64,000 bases of DNA. Source: an uncultured virus (IMG/VR IMGVR_UViG_3300033148_004664). Its lineage: Duplodnaviria; Heunggongvirae; Uroviricota; Caudoviricetes. Each line of letters begins with the position of its first letter. Positions within the stretch are counted from its first letter, which is position 1. Shown one piece after another: positions 32,110-41,341 of this stretch. The notes beneath the pieces are model-generated. The model had not been told where the DNA came from. It was given only the letters and a program-made list of their open reading frames with translations, and did no database searches. The DNA is taken from the IMG/VR virus record IMGVR_UViG_3300033148_004664. The stretch is one strand, 5' to 3'. The translations under genes and the position numbers were made by a program.

Positions 32110-32988
32110 ATGGTAGAATTAGTTATATTATCGTCAAATGAATTAAGATATGTAAGAACTTTATTGGCTTGTCTTAAAGCAGTAAATCCTGGTATTGATA
32201 TTGACTTAGTAACTTTAGTTAATGTAAATGGGTTTTTAAAAGAAGAACATGAATATTACAAAAATAGACCAGATATAGATAGAGTACTTGATTATAGAAG
32301 TTTGGGTGAATATCAATATATGGAACAAATAACGGATTATTTTTTAAGAAATGACGCTAAAGGAGATTTTGTATTAAGATTACATCCAGATTGTTTTCCG
32401 ATAAAAGATAATTGGGCTGTTCCTTTGTTAGATAGAGCAAAGAAATATGGAGTAGGAGGATATTGTGCTTTGTTTGATAGTTCAGAAGAGCAAGGTATTA
32501 ATATTTCTTCTCAAGTTATAATGTTTAATGTCAAATATATTTGTGATAATGAGTTAAGCACTTTATGTTTCTTTTTACGGGAAAATGAACCTATTGTTAT
32601 GTACGAAAATTATGAATTGCGTCTTTGGTTTAAAAGTATAAATAAGTTTTTTATTGAAAGTGATCTTGGTATTGTCATATATTCAGTATTAGATGGTGGT
32701 AAACCTATTATTTTGGTTCCTGATAATGTTGACTTAATATCTAATTATTTTTTGCATATTCGATTTGGAAGTATTGTAGCAAACTCTTCGTATCATCCAC
32801 TAAGTAATTTTTATATTTCAATATTTGATACTAATACAATGCATATAAGGTTGGCCGAATTGCATGAGTTATATACTTCTAAAAAATATTCCTATTTAGA
32901 TGTTTATAATAAAGTGAAATCAGATGGATGTCCTAAGGAACTACGACAAGATATTTATACAGTGTTGTATGAAATGGAACCGTTTTAA
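32110..32988 (+). CDS. HPDCFP-family protein 2
   Basis: VELVILSSNELRY..LHPDCFP..EMEPF. Confidence 0.6.
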   Translation: MVELVILSSNELRYVRTLLACLKAVNPGIDIDLVTLVNVNGFLKEEHEYYKNRPDIDRVLDYRSLGEYQYMEQITDYFLRNDAKGDFVLRLHPDCFPIKDNWAVPLLDRAKKYGVGGYCALFDSSEEQGINISSQVIMFNVKYICDNELSTLCFFLRENEPIVMYENYELRLWFKSINKFFIESDLGIVIYSVLDGGKPIILVPDNVDLISNYFLHIRFGSIVANSSYHPLSNFYISIFDTNTMHIRLAELHELYTSKKYSYLDVYNKVKSDGCPKELRQDIYTVLYEMEPF

Positions 32989-33011
32989 TTGTTATGGTTA
33001 GGAGGTATTGC

Positions 33012-34052
33012 ATGTTTGGTTATGATATTTATGCAAGTGAAAAATTAATTAAAAATGTTGATATTGTACAAAATCTTATTAAGCAACAAGATTTACCATT
33101 GATCCATGTACAGATATATTTAACCAATCAATGTAACCAATGTTGTAAACATTGTTTCTTTTATAGTTCGTCATATAAGGAAAAACATAAATATTTAGAT
33201 ACGGAGCAAAATATTAACTATGACATAATAAATCGGTTACCCGAAGATCTTTTTGCGTTGGGGGTTAAGGGTGTGTCTTTATCCGGTGGTGAGCCTGGGT
33301 TATATCCATTCTTCAGATCTTTTGTAGATGATTTAATTAAATATGATATAAAGGTAGGATTGGTTACCAATGGTTATACTTTATCTTTTGTTCATAATGA
33401 TTTTTCTTGGGTGAGGGTGAGTATCAATGGGTATGATAGAGAAACTTATAGAGAACAGCATAACATAGATGAATATAATAAGCGATTATGTGAATTAGAG
33501 GAATTTATACGAAATAACCCAGATGTTTACACAGGTGTTTCTTTTATATATTTTGATTCGTGGGATAAATATAAGGTTATGTCTCATATTGCACGATTGA
33601 AAAATATTGGATGTGCATCTATACGTTTTGGATTTTATTATCCATTTATTAATGGAAAATTACAGTTAGATTGGGATTTTATGGAATCTTTAAATAATGA
33701 TATACAGGAGTTAAAATCATTATATGAAGATGATTCTTTCGCAATAATAAATATGATTAAAACAAGACTTTCTATTATAAATAAACCAGTCAAGAAATGT
33801 TACTACAAGTATATATCAACACAACTTACACCTCCTAATCGTGTTTATCCTTGTTGCGGTTTGATGTACAATGAAAAATATTTGATAGGGGAAATCAATT
33901 CATCTTTCAAAGATTTTTGGGAACAATCAGAAACGAAAAAACGATTGGCAGAAGTATACGGCGATTCTTGTGAGCAATTTTGTATTTCCTACTATAAAAA
34001 TGAATTAATGGATTTTATTGCAACAAAAAGTATTCATGACGTTTTTATTTAA
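33012..34052 (+). CDS. radical SAM/SPASM enzyme, paralog of 31036..32088
   Basis: CNQCCKHC, SGGEP, VTNG, VYPCC..IGEI; GGAGGT before ATG 33012. Confidence 0.88.
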   Translation: MFGYDIYASEKLIKNVDIVQNLIKQQDLPLIHVQIYLTNQCNQCCKHCFFYSSSYKEKHKYLDTEQNINYDIINRLPEDLFALGVKGVSLSGGEPGLYPFFRSFVDDLIKYDIKVGLVTNGYTLSFVHNDFSWVRVSINGYDRETYREQHNIDEYNKRLCELEEFIRNNPDVYTGVSFIYFDSWDKYKVMSHIARLKNIGCASIRFGFYYPFINGKLQLDWDFMESLNNDIQELKSLYEDDSFAIINMIKTRLSIINKPVKKCYYKYISTQLTPPNRVYPCCGLMYNEKYLIGEINSSFKDFWEQSETKKRLAEVYGDSCEQFCISYYKNELMDFIATKSIHDVFI

Positions 34053-34069
34053 TTGAGAGGTATTAAATT

Positions 34070-35422
34070 ATGAAAACTTATACATATGATTTATTTACAC
34101 TTTGTAAACCTTTTCTTGAAAGACAAGAAACAATATATCCAGAAGAAGTGCCTTATACATTTATCAAAACAAATATGAAAAGGTGGGCTGAAGATGATGT
34201 AGATGAAGAACCGCTTGTGAGTATAATTATCTTGACGAAAGACAATCTTGAGTATTTACGAGCTTGTTTGGCTTCGATTGAACGATTTACAACTGATATA
34301 CCAGTAGAAATTATAATTGTAAGTAATTGTGTTAAAAAGAAAACACAAGATTATTTGGATTCTTCGGGGTATAAAATCATATATCGTGATGATGAGTTTA
34401 ATTTTGCTCGGTATAACAATAAAGGTGCTTCAATCGCACGAGGAAAATATCTGGTATTTCTGAACGATGATACTGTTGTTACACCGAATTGGCTAAAATA
34501 CCCTGTAGAAATATTAGAAGAAGATGAAGAAATAGGAGTCTGTGGGGTAAAAGTATTGGATTACAAAGGTCAATTGAGTCACATGGGGATCGCAATCAAT
34601 CAGCCGGGTGACTTTTTCAGTTCTCATCCTTTTGCGGGTTATAATCCTGATATTCCGTTTGCAAATGAGTATCGTTTTGTCAAAGCTGTATCTGGTGTAT
34701 GTCTGATTACTTCTCAAGAAGTTTTTAATTCCGTCGGCGGGTTTATGACTAATTACCGGGGAGGGTATTTTGAAGATCTTGATTTTTGTTTGAGAGTAGA
34801 ATCTACCACAGATAAAAAGGTGTTATATGTACCAGATTCAGTAATATTCCATGCGGGAAGTATTTCTTTCAGTCGATTACAGAATAAGATGCAAATATTT
34901 CATGAAGCCGAAAGAGCTTTCAGGGAACAATGGTCTTCGTTGGAAGAAAATAATTCATATCGGTTTACACGTCCTCGTTATTTATATAAGAAAAGTAAGG
35001 ATAGATTAATTATCCGTAACGCCCACATGTTTACTGCTGGTGGCGGCGAGCAACTGGTGTTGAATCTAATTCGTACTTTTCGTGATGATTTTCATATAGA
35101 ATTACAAGTACATAAAGTATCCCGTGATCTGTTTGAGCGATTGGAGTCTTTATTGAATGCTGATTTATATGGTATTGATATAGAAAATATCAACCCCGAC
35201 AGATCATGTAAGGTATTCATCAATACTGAACATGGGAGTGCTTATGGAGGACAACCATCCTATATATCTCTGTATTACACGATGTTTCCTGTAATAAAAG
35301 AACAATTGGATTTTTTGGCTTTTTATGATGCGTTTGTCGGTATTTCTAATTTTTCTTGTTCTCATATAAAAGATCGATGGCATAGACATCCTCATCTGAT
35401 TTATCCTGTTGTCATCGGTTGA
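34070..35422 (+). CDS. GT2 glycosyltransferase fused to the N-terminal half of a GT4
   Basis: VSIIIL, FNFARYNNKG, FLNDD, FEDLDFCLR; then GGGEQ..ISNFS..IYPV. Confidence 0.88.
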   Translation: MKTYTYDLFTLCKPFLERQETIYPEEVPYTFIKTNMKRWAEDDVDEEPLVSIIILTKDNLEYLRACLASIERFTTDIPVEIIIVSNCVKKKTQDYLDSSGYKIIYRDDEFNFARYNNKGASIARGKYLVFLNDDTVVTPNWLKYPVEILEEDEEIGVCGVKVLDYKGQLSHMGIAINQPGDFFSSHPFAGYNPDIPFANEYRFVKAVSGVCLITSQEVFNSVGGFMTNYRGGYFEDLDFCLRVESTTDKKVLYVPDSVIFHAGSISFSRLQNKMQIFHEAERAFREQWSSLEENNSYRFTRPRYLYKKSKDRLIIRNAHMFTAGGGEQLVLNLIRTFRDDFHIELQVHKVSRDLFERLESLLNADLYGIDIENINPDRSCKVFINTEHGSAYGGQPSYISLYYTMFPVIKEQLDFLAFYDAFVGISNFSCSHIKDRWHRHPHLIYPVVIG

Positions 35423-36020
35423 TCTGCAAAGAAAAGATCCTATAATTTTGTCTGTAGGGCGGTTTTTCCAAGAAGGACATAAAAAGAATCATGATTTTAT
35501 GCTGAAACTATTTCATAGAATGAAACTCAATGGCTGGACATTAATTCTGGCAGGTTCTTCTTTGAATCGTCCTGAAGATATTAAATATATAGAATCATTA
35601 CATTCTTATATAAAATTGAATAATGTCAATGCAGAATTGAGGGTAAATATTCCTCGAAAGGAATTATTGTCTTTATATAAGCGTGCTTCTATTTATTGGC
35701 ACGCTACTGGTTTCGGAGCAACTCGTCCTGATGACTATGAACACTTCGGTATAACTGTCGGAGAAGCTATGTTAGGCGGGTGTATTCCTATAGTACATAA
35801 TAAAGGAGGAGTGCCGGAAATTTTAGGTGAATCGTTTAACCATTTTATGTGGAATACACCGAAAGACTTAAAGAAAATAACACATTCTGTTTTGAAACAG
35901 GAAGGGGATTTGGTTTTTAACACTACACGAGAATCTTTATGTAGGCGAGTTAAAAATAGGTTTTCATTTGATATTTTCGCACAAAAATGGAGAGAATTAG
36001 TTTATGATTTATTATATTGA
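35409..36020 (+). CDS. GT4 C-terminal domain (apparent continuation of the previous gene in another frame)
   Basis: ILSVGRFF..KK, EHFGITVGEAM..GCIPIV..GGVPEI; TTG start with no clear RBS. Confidence 0.8.
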   Translation: MSSVDLQRKDPIILSVGRFFQEGHKKNHDFMLKLFHRMKLNGWTLILAGSSLNRPEDIKYIESLHSYIKLNNVNAELRVNIPRKELLSLYKRASIYWHATGFGATRPDDYEHFGITVGEAMLGGCIPIVHNKGGVPEILGESFNHFMWNTPKDLKKITHSVLKQEGDLVFNTTRESLCRRVKNRFSFDIFAQKWRELVYDLLY

Positions 36021-36037
36021 CAATTGGGGGTTTTACA

Positions 36038-36895
36038 ATGATTGATTTAGTAATGTTTTATTCAAACGAGTTACGTTTTGTACGGACATTATTGGCTTGT
36101 TTGAAACAAGTACCTGTTGGGATTAATATTGATTCAGTTACATTGGTTAATGTAAATGGGATACATGAGGAAGAGCATGAATATTTGAAATCTCGACCAG
36201 ATATAACAAGAGTATTAGATTACAGAAAAGAGGGAGAATATCAATGGTTTGGTAATGTATTGGATCGATTTATTTACAATGATGTTATATCCGATTATGT
36301 ATTATTGATGCATCCTGACTGTTTTCCGATAAGAAAAAACTGGGGGAGAATATTGTATGAACGGGTAATAAAAAGTGATATAGCTGGTTTCCCCCAAATA
36401 ATTGTAGATGGAATCAATTTATATTCAAATGCTTGTATGATAAATCCTAATTTTATCACTACGAATAAGTTATCGTTTAATTATCAATATGTTTGTAGGA
36501 CTGATGAAACTATTAGATATAAAAACTATATGTTAGGGGTTTGTCATAGAGATCGAATGGATTACAAACTTTTAGATATTGGTACAATAGCTTGTGGAAA
36601 GGCAATTGAAGAAGGAAAAGACCCTTTTATAATGAAGCCATTATATAACTATTTTGTTTTTGGTGTAATTGGTCATGTTATTATGAATGCGGATATACAT
36701 CCAAATTTCCCTAATGGATTTCCTCATAATTTAACGGATAAAGCAAGAAGAGAATTTTTGCGTCCATTGTTTGATTTGTATTATAGAAAAAAATATCGCA
36801 ATTTAAATTTAAACACTATTGTATCGCAAGATGATTGCCCTGAAAATCTGCGTTCTGATTTATTTACTCAATTATATGAAATATTACCATTTTAA
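36038..36895 (+). CDS. HPDCFP-family protein 3
   Basis: IDLVMFYSNELRF..MHPDCFP..EILPF. Confidence 0.6.
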   Translation: MIDLVMFYSNELRFVRTLLACLKQVPVGINIDSVTLVNVNGIHEEEHEYLKSRPDITRVLDYRKEGEYQWFGNVLDRFIYNDVISDYVLLMHPDCFPIRKNWGRILYERVIKSDIAGFPQIIVDGINLYSNACMINPNFITTNKLSFNYQYVCRTDETIRYKNYMLGVCHRDRMDYKLLDIGTIACGKAIEEGKDPFIMKPLYNYFVFGVIGHVIMNADIHPNFPNGFPHNLTDKARREFLRPLFDLYYRKKYRNLNLNTIVSQDDCPENLRSDLFTQLYEILPF

Positions 36896-36912
36896 GAATG
36901 GAGAAGAATAAA

Positions 36913-37788
36913 ATGGGAACAGATAAATACGTTATTGATTTGGTAATATTTTATTCAAATGAATTTAGGTGTTTGCGAACATTATTGGCTTGTTTGAAAC
37001 AAGTACCTGCTGGCATTAATATTGATTCAGTTACATTGGTTAATGTAAATGGGATACATGAGGAAGAACATGAATATTTGAAATCTCGACCGGATATAAC
37101 AAGAGTATTAGATTACAGGAAAGAAGGGGAATATCAGTGGCATGGATATGTGTTAGATAGATTTATGCAAAAGGATGTTAGATCTAATCATGTATTATTT
37201 ATTCATCCAGATTGTTTCCCAATAAAAGAGAATTGGGGGAATATATTATATGAACAATTATTGGATAATTATATAATTGGATTTCCTTCTATTGTAGATA
37301 ATACTATTGTATTGAATACAGCGGTTTTTATGGTTGAATCTTTTTTTATACAGAATAATTCAATTTCATTAAGCAATGTTGTCGAACCTATAGAATCTCC
37401 TGTTTTTGTTTACAAAAATTACGATGTTGGGGAATGTCGTAAAGATAGAGATGATCGTTTGTTTGATACTGGGACAATGGCATGTATAGAAGCATTGAAA
37501 GTTTCTGCTGATCCCTTTTTGAATTGTGATGTATCTGATTATTTTATTCATTGTTTCCATGCATCGTTAATATTTAATGATAATATGCATCCGCACTATT
37601 CGAAGACAGATTTTCCTACTAATCTTTCTAATGATTACAAACGATATGTATTACAACCGTTATATGATTTATATTTTGATAAGAAGTATAAAGGATATAA
37701 AATATATGAAACTGTTTCAAACGACGATTGTCTTGATGATTTGAGATCTGATATTTTTACGGACTTATTTAATCTTGAACCGTTTTAA
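36913..37788 (+). CDS. HPDCFP-family protein 4
   Basis: IDLVIFYSNEFR..IHPDCFP..NLEPF; 5' region nearly identical to paralog 3 at DNA level. Confidence 0.6.
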   Translation: MGTDKYVIDLVIFYSNEFRCLRTLLACLKQVPAGINIDSVTLVNVNGIHEEEHEYLKSRPDITRVLDYRKEGEYQWHGYVLDRFMQKDVRSNHVLFIHPDCFPIKENWGNILYEQLLDNYIIGFPSIVDNTIVLNTAVFMVESFFIQNNSISLSNVVEPIESPVFVYKNYDVGECRKDRDDRLFDTGTMACIEALKVSADPFLNCDVSDYFIHCFHASLIFNDNMHPHYSKTDFPTNLSNDYKRYVLQPLYDLYFDKKYKGYKIYETVSNDDCLDDLRSDIFTDLFNLEPF

Positions 37789-37802
37789 GAGGAGGTGAAT
37801 TA

Positions 37803-37967
37803 ATGTCCGCCCAAGTTAATTTGAACAACAAAGTTGTTGAGATCCCCGACGAAATGCGAACGCCGTGTCAAGTGTGGACAAGAGTTGTAGGATACTATCG
37901 GCCAGTAACAGAATTTAACCGAGGGAAGAAAACCGAACATTCTGATCGGGTGTATTTCAACGTGTAA
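37803..37967 (+). CDS. stand-alone glycyl-radical domain of class III ribonucleotide reductase (54 aa, not in the ORF track)
   Basis: Hand translation MSAQVNLNNKVVEIPDEMRTPCQVWTRVVGYYRPVTEFNRGKKTEHSDRVYFNV; RBS AGGAGGTG; RVxGY and F/WNxGK..E..DR are the NrdD C-terminal signature. Confidence 0.9.
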   Translation: MSAQVNLNNKVVEIPDEMRTPCQVWTRVVGYYRPVTEFNRGKKTEHSDRVYFNV

Positions 37968-37983
37968 TTTGTTGTTGATTCGG

Positions 37984-38021
37984 AAAAGGCGTAAATATTT
38001 TTCTTATTTACGCCTTTTTTT
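37984..38021 (+). terminator. Rho-independent terminator
   Basis: AAAAGGCGTAAATA / TATTTACGCCTTTT stem with 7-nt loop, ending in a T tract. Confidence 0.85.
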
Positions 38022-38083
38022 ATTGTTTTTGGTCCGAAAAAGTTGTATATTATCAATGAACGTAAGATAGGAGGAGTAATCCG

Positions 38084-38338
38084 ATGGCACTTTCCGAATT
38101 TATGGATGTATTGAGACAGGCGGCTCGTGAACGTCGTGTGTGCGAACTTGATTATTACAGTGAATTGAAAGATGAAGAAACATTTGATAGATTAGTGGAA
38201 CCTTATGAAATCAAAGGAGGGTATTTCTGGGCGTATGATATTAACGATGGCAGCATAAAGAGATTTACTGTTGAGGGGGTTACTGGATTACGCTTAACGG
38301 AACAACGTTTTTCGCCTCGGTGGCCTATTAAAATATAA
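38084..38338 (+). CDS. stand-alone WYL-domain protein
   Basis: ELDYYS..RLVEPYEI..YFWAYD..IKRFTVEGV; RBS GGAGGAG. Confidence 0.8.
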   Translation: MALSEFMDVLRQAARERRVCELDYYSELKDEETFDRLVEPYEIKGGYFWAYDINDGSIKRFTVEGVTGLRLTEQRFSPRWPIKI

Positions 38339-38344
38339 TAAAGT

Positions 38345-38431
38345 GCTGGGGTGGTGAAACTGGTAGACACGCGAGACTTAAAATCTCGTGAGGGTAACCT
38401 CATGCGGGTTCGATTCCCGCCCTCAGCACCA
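38345..38431 (+). tRNA. tRNA-Leu (anticodon UAA)
   Basis: Acceptor stem GCTGGGG/CCTCAGC, anticodon arm CGAGA-CTTAAAA-TCTCG, long variable arm, GGTTCGATTCC T-loop, encoded CCA. Confidence 0.96.
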
Positions 38432-38447
38432 AAAAGGAGGACATAAA

Positions 38448-38645
38448 ATGTTACTTTCGACTACTGTATTAGAAGGGTTAAAAAGTATTAAAATGAACGT
38501 TAAAACTTTATTGTATGATTGTTATCATTTTGTTGGTACTGCAGAGGAATATGAGAAAATGGTAGAAGAAAATCTTGAATCTCTTGTGTCTCAGATAGAC
38601 AATCTTATCAACATGATTAGTGAGTCTTTATCTGATTCCGAATAA
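38448..38645 (+). CDS. hypothetical protein (65 aa)
   Basis: AAGGAGG just after the tRNA CCA; ATG 38448. Confidence 0.6.
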   Translation: MLLSTTVLEGLKSIKMNVKTLLYDCYHFVGTAEEYEKMVEENLESLVSQIDNLINMISESLSDSE

Positions 38646-39335
38646 TTTAAAACTCTTCATTCCCACCTCCTGTACAAAGTCGGGGATTGTTATTTCATCC
38701 CCGACTTTTTTTAGTTCTTCATCTGTCACACCGTTTGATTGGAATTTTTGGATATAATATGTTGACACATTCAACGCCTGTAATTGACTGATTATTTCTA
38801 TTAGGTCATCGTAATCGAGTAATGCAGGATGAAATGTGGTTCGTACTTCGTATTCTATCTCGCTTTGTGTGAGTATTTTAATTGTTTTAATTACATTTTC
38901 GTAAGGAATGTTGCTACGAGTAACATTTTTATGTTTGTTTGAGGGACTTTTCAAATCCACTGCAACATAATCTATGATGTTTTTTGTTATCATTTCTTGG
39001 ATTGTATCAGGATTAGATCCGTTTGTATGCAAACACGTTTGGTATCCTATTGATTTTAGGTATTCAAACAGCTGAGGCAATTCTTGGTAGATAGTAGGTT
39101 CGCCGCCGGAAATAACAACACCGTCAACAAGTCGTTTACGATGTAATAATTCGGTTATTACTTCTTCATGAGGTATCAAGGTTACTTTTGAGTCTTTAAG
39201 TATGGCATTATGACAATAGGGGCAGTTGAAATTGCATCCAACTACAAAGAGAGTAATTGCAGGATGATTAGGGAAATCGTTTAATGTCGTACCTCTTATA
39301 CCACCTATACGTATTTTTTCGGGGAAAGTAATCAT
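38628..39335 (-). CDS. nrdG: anaerobic ribonucleotide reductase activating enzyme
   Basis: GCNFNCPYCHN, GVVISGGEPT, TNGS, YEVRTT; coupled to nrdD. Confidence 0.92.
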   Translation of the reverse strand: MITFPEKIRIGGIRGTTLNDFPNHPAITLFVVGCNFNCPYCHNAILKDSKVTLIPHEEVITELLHRKRLVDGVVISGGEPTIYQELPQLFEYLKSIGYQTCLHTNGSNPDTIQEMITKNIIDYVAVDLKSPSNKHKNVTRSNIPYENVIKTIKILTQSEIEYEVRTTFHPALLDYDDLIEIISQLQALNVSTYYIQKFQSNGVTDEELKKVGDEITIPDFVQEVGMKSFKLFGIR

Positions 39336-41341
39336 TCTTTATTCTCCTGTTTTGACAATAGTTCTTCAGCTTTTTCTTTATCACAAATAGGACAATATTT
39401 ATGTTCGCCGCTTATATAGCCATGTTTAGGGCAAATAGAAAATGTCGGAGTAAGTGTCAAATAGGGTATTCTGAAGTTTGTTACTATGTTTTTTACTAAT
39501 CTTTTACATACTTCCCCTGTCAGATTGGTTTCGTTCAAATACGCGTGGAATACAGAACCCCCTGTGTATTTTCTTAATAATTCTTCTTGATGGGTTAGAG
39601 CTTCAAAAATGTCGTCAGTATAACCTACAGGTAGTTGACTGGAGTTGGTGTAGTAGGTATCACCTTCGCCGGCTTGTATTATATCGGGGTAACGTTTTTT
39701 GTCTTCACGTGCAAATCTGTAGGAAGTAGATTCGGCAGGGGTGGCTTCAAGATTAAATAGCATTTTTGTTTCTTCCTGGAATTGTATTGAGCGTTCTCGA
39801 ATATGATTTAAGAGTTTACAGGCAAATTTGTGACCGAATTCATCACCTATATTATGTTCGTCATTCGTGAAATTCCTGATACATTCGTTTATCCCGTTTA
39901 CTCCGATAGTTAAAAAGTGATTATCAAACCCGCGAAGGTATCGTTTTGTATAAGGGAATAATCCTTTATCGTATAAACGTTGAATCACCTTTTTCTTCAA
40001 CACCAACGATTCTTTCGCAATATTTAGAAGATAATCCAATTCCTTATAGAAAGAATCCTCGTCATTTTTATGAAGATACCCGATTCGAGCACAGTTTATT
40101 GTTACGACACCGACCGAACCTGTTTGCTCGGCGGAACCGAATAGACCGTTTCCACGTCTTTGTAATTCTCTCAAATCCAACTGAAGACGGCAACACATAC
40201 TGCGAATATGAGATGGGTCAAGATCTGAATTTATGAAATTTTGGAAATAGAAAGAGCCGTATTTTGCGGTTTCATTGAAAAGCGTTTGTGTCAAAGAGCT
40301 TTCCCATGGAAATTCTTCGGTTATATTAACTGTTGGAATTGGGAATGTAAAAGGTTGACCGGCCGCATCACCTTCAGTAAGTACTTCCATAAATGCACGG
40401 TCTATCATTTCCATTTCTTTTTGTAAATCACCGTAAGTGAAATCTACTTCTTTTCCTCCTACTTTGGGGTGTTGCCACCTCAAGTCCGTTGGGCAAGTCC
40501 AGTCTAATGTAACGTTTGTGAATGGAGTTTGCGTGCCCCATCTTGAAGGCACATTCAAGTTATAAATAAATTCTTGTATACTTTGCTTGACTTCTTTATA
40601 GTTTAATTTATCCGCTCTTACAAATGGTGCAAGATATGTATCAAAGGAACTGAATGCTTGAGCTCCAGCCCATTCATTTTGTAGTGTACCGAGGAAATTT
40701 ACCATTTGCCCCACAGCACTTGACAGGTGTTTGGGAGGAAGAGCAGCTATCTTACCTGGTACGTTATTAAATCCTTCTTCAAGTAATTGTCGTAACGACC
40801 AACCGGCACAGTAGGCCGTAAGCATATCAAGGTCATGTATATGAATAGAGCCTTCTCTATGAGCTTCACCTATATTGGGGGGATATACATGATTCAGCCA
40901 ATAATTGGCGGTAACTTTTCCTGCTATGTTTATAACCAATCCACCAAGTGAAAATCCGAAATTTGCATTTGCATTTACACGCCAATCTGTTCGCTCAAGA
41001 TATTCATTCATTGATTCAACGGCATCTATTAATGCTTTTGTATCGCTTCGTATTTTTCTGTGTTGATCTCTATAAATAATATATGCTTTTGCCGTTTGTG
41101 TGTATTCTGAATCGATCAAAACTAATTCTACAATGTCTTGTATGTCTTCGACATTCATTAATTTTTTTCTCATTTTTGCTTGTTTATTAATGAGACGTAG
41201 AACTTTTTTTGTTAATATTTCTGCGGTATTGTCTGAGAATTCGCCTGTTGCTTCGCCTGCTTTCTTAATAGCGGTTTTTATTCTTGTCGGATCGAAAGAG
41301 ACGATTTTACCTTCTCGATTACGAATACGTTCAATATTCAT
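39332..41341 (-). CDS. nrdD: class III ribonucleotide reductase with ATP cone, lacking the glycyl-radical C-terminus
   Basis: ATP cone, IHIHDL, YCAGW, QNEWAGAQ, FTFPIPT, SMCCRL, EATPAES, CPKHGY..CPIC then stop; no RxxGY motif. Confidence 0.95.
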   Translation of the reverse strand: MNIERIRNREGKIVSFDPTRIKTAIKKAGEATGEFSDNTAEILTKKVLRLINKQAKMRKKLMNVEDIQDIVELVLIDSEYTQTAKAYIIYRDQHRKIRSDTKALIDAVESMNEYLERTDWRVNANANFGFSLGGLVINIAGKVTANYWLNHVYPPNIGEAHREGSIHIHDLDMLTAYCAGWSLRQLLEEGFNNVPGKIAALPPKHLSSAVGQMVNFLGTLQNEWAGAQAFSSFDTYLAPFVRADKLNYKEVKQSIQEFIYNLNVPSRWGTQTPFTNVTLDWTCPTDLRWQHPKVGGKEVDFTYGDLQKEMEMIDRAFMEVLTEGDAAGQPFTFPIPTVNITEEFPWESSLTQTLFNETAKYGSFYFQNFINSDLDPSHIRSMCCRLQLDLRELQRRGNGLFGSAEQTGSVGVVTINCARIGYLHKNDEDSFYKELDYLLNIAKESLVLKKKVIQRLYDKGLFPYTKRYLRGFDNHFLTIGVNGINECIRNFTNDEHNIGDEFGHKFACKLLNHIRERSIQFQEETKMLFNLEATPAESTSYRFAREDKKRYPDIIQAGEGDTYYTNSSQLPVGYTDDIFEALTHQEELLRKYTGGSVFHAYLNETNLTGEVCKRLVKNIVTNFRIPYLTLTPTFSICPKHGYISGEHKYCPICDKEKAEELLSKQENKE

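Noticed and set aside
38388..38447. ORF-track start at 38388
   Set aside because: It overlaps the tRNA; the RBS-supported start is ATG 38448.
38345..41341. tRNA as the integration site of an nrdDG-carrying element
   Set aside because: No integrase and no duplicated tRNA 3' end seen on the far side of nrdD.
1..41341. Inteins or introns in polA, recA, terL or nrdD
   Set aside because: Motif spacing and lengths look normal, with no intein termini or homing endonuclease motifs seen.
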